Shown here: piece after piece, positions 1 to 6,708 of the stretch | Position numbering within the stretch: the first letter of the stretch is position 1 | Layout: the number at the start of each line of letters is the position of its first letter | Assembly: GCA_963977445.1 (NCBI GenBank) | Contig: CAXBPH010000215.1 | Coordinates: 1 to 11,984, forward strand | Source: an uncultured bacterium | GTDB taxonomy: Bacteria > Hydrogenedentota > Hydrogenedentia > Hydrogenedentales > JAEUWI01 | Length of the DNA: 11,984 nucleotides | Direction of reading: 5' to 3' | Program-made: the position numbers and the translations under genes | The notes under the pieces: generated by a model | The model's input: the letters and a program-made list of their open reading frames with translations, nothing else | What the model was told of the DNA's origin: nothing | Database searches by the model: none

Positions 1-712
1 CCATCTGGGGGTATTCCGGGCTGAGCGTCATGCGGGCCAGTAATTCGACCCACGGGTCGTATTCCGCTTTCCACACGCCATCGTAGTAGCTGTTGAGCTG
101 GTATTTCTTGATGCCCGCTGCGGTCTTTTTCAGCTCCCGGGCATACCAGTCGTCCACGCTGCGATAAGGCACGCCTTTGGCCTGCCAGTCTTCAAGCCCG
201 ATGGGATTCACCAACACGAATTTATCGGTCTGCTCGGGAAACATGAGGGCGAAGCGCGCGGCGACCATACCACCCATGGAATGGCCCAGGATAGTCGCTT
301 TCTCAACGCCGATAGCATCCAGGAGCGACTTGGTGTTGCTCGCCAAAGCAGGAAAGGAAAAGGGATAGTCGATAGGCTTGCTCGATTTTCCAAAACCGAT
401 CTGGTCGGGAATTACGACCCGAAAACCAGCGCTTGACAGGTCGGCCGCTGTTTGTCCCCAATAGGCACCACAGAAATTCTTTCCATGGAGCAACACGACC
501 GTATTGCCATTGGCTTTTTCCGGCTGCACATCCATATAGGCCATCGAAAGGGTTTTGCCATTGGCGGCAATCTCGTGGCGATGGACTTCATAGGGATAGG
601 GATAGCCTTCAAGGGCAATGCCGATGGGTTCCAAGGCCTGCGTGGGCTGAACCACGGCAAGTAGCGCCAGGGCCAGAACGGGAACGAATCGGGAAAGATG
701 GTGGGTAAACAT
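1..712 (-). CDS. Secreted alpha/beta fold hydrolase; 3' end lies beyond the window start
   Basis: Translated by hand because it is absent from the ORF track. ATG at 712 with GGAG at 721-718. Sequence [26 protein letters not shown] (signal peptide-like)...[14 protein letters not shown]...[15 protein letters not shown]...LGHSMGG (G-x-S-x-G nucleophile elbow)...[11 protein letters not shown]. The frame stays open to the window edge. Confidence 0.93.
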   Translation of the reverse strand, partial: MFTHHLSRFVPVLALALLAVVQPTQALEPIGIALEGYPYPYEVHRHEIAANGKTLSMAYMDVQPEKANGNTVVLLHGKNFCGAYWGQTAADLSSAGFRVVIPDQIGFGKSSKPIDYPFSFPALASNTKSLLDAIGVEKATILGHSMGGMVAARFALMFPEQTDKFVLVNPIGLEDWQAKGVPYRSVDDWYARELKKTAAGIKKYQLNSYYDGVWKAEYDPWVELLARMTLSPEYPQM

Positions 713-973
713 GGGAACTCCAGACAAGTTTGTTCTTCAGATACTATAGAACGTATTCGATTGAAGGGCCCGGCCATGTCAACGGCGGGTGCATTTATTC
801 GGTTCATGGTCAAATAGTGTGGATTGCCATCTGGGAAAGGTGGCTTGGAGAAATTGGTCGTGCCGCGCAATCCCCAAAAGGCGCGTATCAACGAGTCCTG
901 ACGGGTTCGTGCGCAGGTCGTCGCACCGAACGCTCAACGGGCCTCCTTAACGACCATAATGGAGCGGGTCAGC

Positions 974-996
974 GTAGCTTGGGCCTCCCGCCTGCC
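974..996 (+). repeat. Single degenerate GTAG-type REP-like palindrome
   Basis: GTAGCTTGGGCCTCCCGCCTGCC: a GTAG tetranucleotide followed by an imperfect GC-rich hairpin (GGGC...GCCT) in an intergenic position. Only one copy is present in the window. Confidence 0.35.
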
Positions 997-1073
997 CCGA
1001 AGAAAACGCCCTGTCCCAGACACCCCCCAGATCACACCGCCATAACCAACGCACCTACGAATGGCACGCAGGA

Positions 1074-3380
1074 TTACTCCGCCAGAAGCGAATAGTTATC
1101 GTAGGGCCCGGCTTCATAGCTGAGTAATTCACGGAAATTCGGTAGGGCAGGATTGGTCCGAATCATGCGCCATACCCCTTCGGCATTGCTCCAGGTCGTC
1201 CATACCTCGGCCGCGGGCGTCCTGGGAATTGAAATATCTATATCGGCAATCAAACCACTACTGTCGGTCAGCGCGACGGCGGAAAGGCGCAGGTAGAGCA
1301 ATACATTGACCTGGCCGGTGCTTTCGAGGTTGCTGAAGTCCCACTGGCGAATCTGGCGATGCATTTTTACGGCGTGGTATCGCTCCAGCAGCCACTGGTA
1401 GGCCGTTCGCGCCACCTGAAATCCCAATCCGCCTGCATCCGCATAGTCCGTGGAATAGACCGACATGACCCCGTCGAGATTCTTCCGATTCAGGGCGTCT
1501 TCCCAGAGACCAACCTGCTCTACGATGGCTTCGGCGGCGGGACGTTGGGTCTCCGTCACGCCGGTATAGTCGGGCCACCAAGGCGGAATTATGGTGGAAT
1601 CCGGTTGAGTATTTTTCACAGGCACGCTGGTCGCCTGGGCGAGCAGTGCGCTCAACTCCACCTCTTCCGCGATACGACTTTCCCCCACGCTATAGGTGCG
1701 GTATTCCCCAAAATCGACCATACCCGACAAGGGCTCCCGCTCATCGGTCACAGCGGTTACCCCATAGCTCACCGTCGTGTCGGGCGGAACGTTCTCATCG
1801 ATATAGCTTCGGGTTTCCTGTTCCAGGCGGCCACTGAGGAGAGTGAATTCGACCTCGGTTCCAATGCGGCGATAGACCCGGTACTCCACATCGTTTTCCC
1901 GATAATCCCAAGACACCACGATATTGCTGCCATCACGGCGCGCTTCAAAATTACGAACGGGAGCAGCCACCTGCGCAATAGAAAAACTTTGGTGTGACAG
2001 ACTGTTTTCCTGCGTATTCATAACGAAGACGTTGTGCCCCACCTCCGCCACGAAGGCCTCGCCCGAGGTCGACTTCGCACGAAAGGGCGCCAGGACCTCC
2101 GTCCAGCTCGCCCGCGTAGGCAGGCTACCCGCCCGCACAACGCGATCAAACTGTGTGAGCGCCTCGTCACGGGCATGGGCCGACAGGAAGGGTATCCAGT
2201 AGCAGTCCCCCCGGTTGGGAATGAGTTCGGCAATCTGACCGGGCCGCTCCAACCCGTAGGCCGCGTGCAGAAGATTACCTTCATCCAGTACGCCATCCAC
2301 ATCCTTCAAATTCAGGTGGAAGGTTTCCGGGTCGTTCGATTCGATAAGCTGCAGGGCAATACGGGCCCGGCGTAAGACCAGATCTTTGCGCCCGACGATC
2401 GCCTGAGGCACCAAGGCGCGCAGCAGGGGGAGAATGCCCTCCTCCCAATGGAAACTTGCGGGGCCATACCACAAGTCCGGACCATTCTCGAAAGAAAAGA
2501 CCGTGGCCCCCGTCATCGCGCCGTTTAGTATCATGGCCCGGTAGAGGGTGTGGGGCGCGGAACTGGTCCCGCCTGAATCGCCAAACTGGCCTGGCGATAT
2601 GTAGTTATTGTCCGAGTACCACCGCGCATCGGCGGCCATACCCCAATTACTCACCGCCCCCTCCAGCCAGAGTCCCATCACCGCCGATTGGTTGCTGAGA
2701 ACGTGATCACCACGCACGAGGCACGCCGGAATCACGTAGTCTTTGCACTCCAGAAACTTTTCATAGAGGGGCAGGCAGGCCGTATTGCTCATCACGCGGA
2801 CCCACTGGAGTTCATCCAAGGGGATATAGACAAATCGGCCATAGCTTGCGGCCGTATCAATGACCTCAATCAGCCATTCCACCAACAAGGGCGTCTGACC
2901 GTCGGGCATTCGGGGCGAATCGTAATAACGAAAATCGAGCCCCGTCACTTCTACCCCCCGGACCATGGTATGGGCGCGCAACAGGTCTTTCAACAATTCG
3001 GGGTCAAGCCGGTCCCGCTGGGGATTTTCCGCAATCCGTATGACCGTGGGAATCTGGGGCTCCTGGAGATCACGCAACACCGTATCGTAATTATTCTTGA
3101 GTTCCTCGCCTTTTCCTGGCACGGAAAACTTGAGAATCGCCTGGGACCGAATAGACTCCGGCAGATGCTCCAGGGCAACAAGAAGGTGCTGCTTTTGTCG
3201 CTCCAGATCGCCACGATAGGCCGGCAAATCCTGAAAGAGCATCAGGGGATGGGCCGGGCTGATTTCGACGGCCAACGGCGGATAGTCTACCGCGAACGTT
3301 GGTAAAACGAAGCAGAGCAGGGCAATCAACACCGCACCAACACGCTGGCCGAGGACAAAACGAGAGTTTTCTAAGGACAT
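1074..3380 (-). CDS. Secreted glycoside hydrolase family 98-like protein with fibronectin type III and C-terminal NTF2/SnoaL-like domains
   Basis: Long ORF. Likely start is the ATG at 3380 (track start 3410), followed by a signal-peptide-like segment (VGAVLIALLCFVLPTFA). GH98-like motifs: ISPAHPLML, MGLWLEGAVSNWGMAADARWY, GATVFSFE, IPNRGDCYWIP, GEAFVAEVGHNVFVMNTQEN. FN3 pattern: PVRNFEA...IVVSWD...YRVYRR...SYIDENV...SYGVTAV. NTF2-like pattern: WEDALNRKNLDGVMSVYSTDY...GVWRMIR. Confidence 0.75.
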   Translation of the reverse strand: MSLENSRFVLGQRVGAVLIALLCFVLPTFAVDYPPLAVEISPAHPLMLFQDLPAYRGDLERQKQHLLVALEHLPESIRSQAILKFSVPGKGEELKNNYDTVLRDLQEPQIPTVIRIAENPQRDRLDPELLKDLLRAHTMVRGVEVTGLDFRYYDSPRMPDGQTPLLVEWLIEVIDTAASYGRFVYIPLDELQWVRVMSNTACLPLYEKFLECKDYVIPACLVRGDHVLSNQSAVMGLWLEGAVSNWGMAADARWYSDNNYISPGQFGDSGGTSSAPHTLYRAMILNGAMTGATVFSFENGPDLWYGPASFHWEEGILPLLRALVPQAIVGRKDLVLRRARIALQLIESNDPETFHLNLKDVDGVLDEGNLLHAAYGLERPGQIAELIPNRGDCYWIPFLSAHARDEALTQFDRVVRAGSLPTRASWTEVLAPFRAKSTSGEAFVAEVGHNVFVMNTQENSLSHQSFSIAQVAAPVRNFEARRDGSNIVVSWDYRENDVEYRVYRRIGTEVEFTLLSGRLEQETRSYIDENVPPDTTVSYGVTAVTDEREPLSGMVDFGEYRTYSVGESRIAEEVELSALLAQATSVPVKNTQPDSTIIPPWWPDYTGVTETQRPAAEAIVEQVGLWEDALNRKNLDGVMSVYSTDYADAGGLGFQVARTAYQWLLERYHAVKMHRQIRQWDFSNLESTGQVNVLLYLRLSAVALTDSSGLIADIDISIPRTPAAEVWTTWSNAEGVWRMIRTNPALPNFRELLSYEAGPYDNYSLLAE

Positions 3381-3527
3381 GGTTGAAATTGTATGATAGG
3401 CGGGTAGCACGGGACAACCTATAGTCTAAAACGATACATGACGTTGCAACCTCTTTAATCTCCTAATATTACGACAAGGTTCCCCCGCTTGCCGGAACCA
3501 CGACCAGACCGTACAGGAAATCGTGCC

Positions 3528-4445
3528 GTGAAGTACCCCATTTCTGAACCATCCGAACAGGTCCATCGCTCCCGTGGCGGCCTCCGGGTTCGCCCCCGCT
3601 CGACTGGAAATTTCGTCCAGCACTGCAATGTGGTCTATGGAGAATCTCACGGCGTCGGCCTGGTCATGGACGTATTTCAACCGGTGAAGGCAAGTAACGG
3701 ACGGGCTATCATCGACGTCGTTTCCGGGGCCTGGCATTCCGATCGGATCCGCCTGAACGAACACATCGGCCTGGGAGCCATCGACGCGTTTTGCGACGCT
3801 GGTTTTACCGTTTTTGCCGTCGCACCGGGTTCGGCGAGCCTCTTCACCGCCCTTCAGATGGCGGAACATGTCCACGCCGCCATACGCCATATTCGGGACA
3901 ACCAGGCCCCGTGGCATATCGAAAGCCAGTCCCTGGGCCTCTGTGGCGTATCAGCCGGCGGCCACCTTGCAGCACTCGTTGGCCTCCAGCCCCAGGCACC
4001 CGATCCAGCATCCCGCTTGTCGTGGTTTCGCCAGGGAACCGATGTCGCTGCCGTTGGACTCTTCTTCCCCCCGACGGATTTGCTGGACTTCGGGGGCCGT
4101 CTCTTCGATTTTGGAAGACAAGGAGATCTCGCTATACCCCGATTGCTCTTTGCCGACGGGCTGGCTCCGCACACTCAGGATGACGTCATGGAAGCGGCGC
4201 GAGCCATTTCTCCCCTGCACCAGATTGTGGGGGGCCATCCTCCCTGCCTCATCGCCCACGCAACGGAGGATGCTGTGGTCCCCTACCGTCAATCCACCCG
4301 TTACATCGAAGCCTTGAACGCGGCCGGTGTCGATGCCACACTCTTGACCCACGAGGGACCAGGGCACCCATGGCGCACCGTGGCGGAAGCGTGCAACGCC
4401 ATGGCCACCTGGTTTACCCGACAACTCACCGAAAACAGCTTATAA
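3528..4445 (+). CDS. Alpha/beta hydrolase, HSL/Aes-like (BD-FAE-type) esterase
   Basis: Motifs NVVYG...LVMDVF, oxyanion region VVSGAW, nucleophile GVSAGGHLA, acid in HATEDAVV, His in GPGHPW. GTG at 3528 preceded by AGGAAA is preferred over the track's TTG at 3489. Confidence 0.9.
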   Translation: MKYPISEPSEQVHRSRGGLRVRPRSTGNFVQHCNVVYGESHGVGLVMDVFQPVKASNGRAIIDVVSGAWHSDRIRLNEHIGLGAIDAFCDAGFTVFAVAPGSASLFTALQMAEHVHAAIRHIRDNQAPWHIESQSLGLCGVSAGGHLAALVGLQPQAPDPASRLSWFRQGTDVAAVGLFFPPTDLLDFGGRLFDFGRQGDLAIPRLLFADGLAPHTQDDVMEAARAISPLHQIVGGHPPCLIAHATEDAVVPYRQSTRYIEALNAAGVDATLLTHEGPGHPWRTVAEACNAMATWFTRQLTENSL

Positions 4446-4709
4446 AACAACGATTCTAATCCTGCACCCGGTTTGTTTAGATGGCTTCGAGAAAGTGTGA
4501 TACGATTCCGGCCATATTCCAAAAAGCAGTGTACACCGATTAATTCAATTTACGAATATATTCATCGTAGAAACGAACTCCGCGTCGGCCGAAAAAAATA
4601 TGCATTTGATGCGCTACACTGGTATCTTGGTAAGCGCGAGTTCGACAACTGAAGTACGCAGCAAGCAACGCTGCTCGATGTATTTTCAACTCAACTGAAA
4701 GGAAGACCA

Positions 4710-5327
4710 ATGAAGAAGGCTCTGATTCTCGGAATTTCATGCATGGCCCTGATGTTCACCGTGGCTGCCGACGCCAAGGAACGCATCGGCGATCCCTATT
4801 CCCTCAACGTCTGCCCCATTTCCGGTGAAAAACTGGGCAGCATGGGAGATACGCCTGTTTACGTCGGTGAAGACGGCAGAGAAGTAAAATTCTGCTGCGG
4901 AGGCTGCGAAAAGAAATATGTAGCCAACATGGACGCCATCAACGCTGAAATCGACAAAAAGATGATGGCCGACCAGGAAAGCCACTACCCCACAAACACC
5001 TGCATCAATTCCGGTGCCGAGCTGAAAGATGGAGGCGTCTCCTTCATCGTGGGCAATCGCCTCGTCAAGACGTGCTGCGCCAAATGTGAAGCCAAGGTAA
5101 AGGCCGACCCGGCCGCGTATATCGCCAAGCTGGACCAGCAAGTCATCGATGCCCAGAAGGCCGACTACAAAAGCGAAGTCTGCCCCATCTCCGGCAAGCC
5201 ACTGGGCGAATCACCCATCGAAATGGTCGTAGCCAACCGTCTGGTAAAGCTTTGCTGCGAAGGATGTAAGAAAAAAGTTGGGGAAGACCCCCTTGCCGTG
5301 CTCGAAAAAGTAGACGCCGCTAAATAG
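4710..5327 (+). CDS. Secreted protein with three tandem Cys-rich YHS/TRASH-like repeats (putative metal binding)
   Basis: Signal peptide MKKALILGISCMALMFTVAADA. Three repeats: CPISG...FCCGGC, CINSG...TCCAKC, CPISG...LCCEGC, starting at 4812, 5001 and 5181. RBS GAAAGGAAG upstream. Confidence 0.85.
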   Translation: MKKALILGISCMALMFTVAADAKERIGDPYSLNVCPISGEKLGSMGDTPVYVGEDGREVKFCCGGCEKKYVANMDAINAEIDKKMMADQESHYPTNTCINSGAELKDGGVSFIVGNRLVKTCCAKCEAKVKADPAAYIAKLDQQVIDAQKADYKSEVCPISGKPLGESPIEMVVANRLVKLCCEGCKKKVGEDPLAVLEKVDAAK

Positions 5328-5354
5328 ACTATTGACTCAAAATTACGCGCATAC

Positions 5355-5389
5355 AGGCCGGACACGTCATCGTGTCCGGCCTTTATTCT
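5355..5389 (+). terminator. Intrinsic (rho-independent) terminator after the Cys-rich repeat gene
   Basis: Perfect 12-bp stem AGGCCGGACACG (5355-5366) / loop TCAT / CGTGTCCGGCCT (5371-5382), followed by TTATTCT, 27 nt after the stop codon. Confidence 0.85.
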
Positions 5390-5456
5390 ATTCCAAGCGC
5401 GACAATTCGCTCGATAGTGGGTAATTTACCGCAGGTTTCGAGGCTCCTGCATATGT

Positions 5457-5485
5457 TTGCGCAATATTCGGAGCTGTGGTACGAT
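5457..5485 (+). promoter_or_regulatory. Sigma70-type promoter for the REC-HD-GYP gene
   Basis: -35 TTGCGC (5457-5462), 17-nt spacer, extended -10 TG-G-TACGAT (TG 5477-5478, -10 5480-5485). Lies between the upstream terminator and the start codon. Confidence 0.6.
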
Positions 5486-5494
5486 TAATCGTAC
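5479..5494. promoter_or_regulatory. Perfect 16-bp palindrome, candidate repressor operator
   Basis: GTACGATTAATCGTAC is its own reverse complement and overlaps the predicted -10 and transcription start. Confidence 0.55.
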
Positions 5495-5546
5495 TTCTTG
5501 GATGGCTGTTTCGAGCGATAATGGATTTTCGGAATAGGGCGAAGGG

Positions 5547-6704
5547 TTGGACTCAGAGGAAAATATCTTGGTCACTGATTCAAATTTGGGCAAACATATC
5601 TTAGTGGTGGACGATTTGCCTGAAAACGCCTTGGTTCTAAAGAGTTTTCTTTCACCCATGGGATATCACATCGCATCGGCTCAAAACGGCGAAACGGCCC
5701 TGGAGATGGTTGCCACCGATCCACCCGACGTTATTTTGCTCGACTTGATGATGCCCGGCATGGATGGTTTCGAGGTCTGCCGACGCCTGAAACAGGATTC
5801 CGCAACCCAACATATCCCCGTAATCATTGTCACCGGCATGTCTGACCGCGACTCGAATGTACGCGCTGTCGAGGCAGGTGCAGACGATTTTCTCATCAAA
5901 CCCTTTGACCGAATTTTGCTCGAAGCCCGCATCAAGACGTCGGCGCGGGGCAAAGTCCTCCACGACCAGCTCATTAAGTATAAGCAGGAGCTCGAGGATA
6001 AGGTCGAGGAACGCACTGCGCAAGTTGTTTCAACCCAGCAAGTTACCGTCTTCAGCCTCGCCAAGCTGGCCGAATCCCGGGACAATGAGACCGGGGACCA
6101 CCTGGAACGGATGCGCTCCTATGCACGGGAACTTTCCGAAGAATTTATGAGCCTTCCGAAGTACGAGGGAACCCTCGACGTTAGCTTTGTCAACGAAATG
6201 TACAAATCCACCCCGCTCCACGATATAGGAAAGGTGGGCATACCCGATCAGATTCTTCTCAAGCCCGGCAAGCTGACCAGGGAAGAATTCGAGATCATGA
6301 AGCGGCACAGCATGATCGGTGGCGACACGTTGAAGGCCGCTGACATCGAGGCGGGACGGGACTCCTTCCTGGCAATGGGCCGGGATATTGCCTACTACCA
6401 TCATGAGAAATGGGACGGGTCGGGCTATCCCTTCGGTCTTGCGGGCGAAGATATTCCCTTGACAGCGCGCATCACGGCGCTGGCCGATGTGTATGACGCG
6501 CTCTCGAGCCGACGGCCCTACAAAGAACCCTTCAGTCACGAGAAATCAAAGGCAATTATCCTCGAAGGCAAGGGCAGTCACTTCGACCCCGACGTGGTTG
6601 ACGCGTTTCTCGCCCGCGAAGAACGTTTCCTCGCGATTCGGGAAAGTTTTCAGGGCAACGGTGAGCTGGCACCTATCCAGTCCCTCGCAAAGGCCCTCGA
6701 ATAA
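5547..6704 (+). CDS. Response regulator with receiver and HD-GYP domains (RpfG-family c-di-GMP phosphodiesterase)
   Basis: REC: ILVVDD, phosphoacceptor in LLDLMMPGMDG, IVTG, FLIKP. HD-GYP: AESRDNETGDH, PLHDIGKVGIPD, HHEKWDGSGYP, ADVYDALSSRRPYK. The TTG start is uncertain by a few codons. Confidence 0.96.
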   Translation: MDSEENILVTDSNLGKHILVVDDLPENALVLKSFLSPMGYHIASAQNGETALEMVATDPPDVILLDLMMPGMDGFEVCRRLKQDSATQHIPVIIVTGMSDRDSNVRAVEAGADDFLIKPFDRILLEARIKTSARGKVLHDQLIKYKQELEDKVEERTAQVVSTQQVTVFSLAKLAESRDNETGDHLERMRSYARELSEEFMSLPKYEGTLDVSFVNEMYKSTPLHDIGKVGIPDQILLKPGKLTREEFEIMKRHSMIGGDTLKAADIEAGRDSFLAMGRDIAYYHHEKWDGSGYPFGLAGEDIPLTARITALADVYDALSSRRPYKEPFSHEKSKAIILEGKGSHFDPDVVDAFLAREERFLAIRESFQGNGELAPIQSLAKALE

Positions 6705-6708
6705 GCCA

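Noticed and set aside
891..910. Minus-strand CGAACCCGTCAG resembling the 3' half of the ydaO riboswitch or the SRP RNA core
   Set aside because: There is no 5' ydaO half upstream, no CTAAC, and no SRP GGAA-tetraloop/AGCAGC motif. Treated as chance.
412..1095. Track ORFs 412..891 (-), 433..708 (+), 452..664 (+) and 730..1095 (+)
   Set aside because: They are out-of-frame or antisense shadows of the real hydrolase (start 712), or lack an RBS and protein-like composition.
1258..3417. Many 60-212 aa ORFs overlapping the GH98-like gene
   Set aside because: Antisense and alternative-frame ORFs are expected in GC-rich coding DNA, and these show no motifs.
3426..4522. Alternative ORFs overlapping the esterase
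   Set aside because: They are shadows of a gene with a complete catalytic triad.
4812..5270. Multiheme cytochrome or ferredoxin interpretation of the Cys-rich protein
   Set aside because: There are no CxxCH or CxxCxxCxxxC motifs; the C...CCxxC pattern fits YHS/TRASH-like modules.
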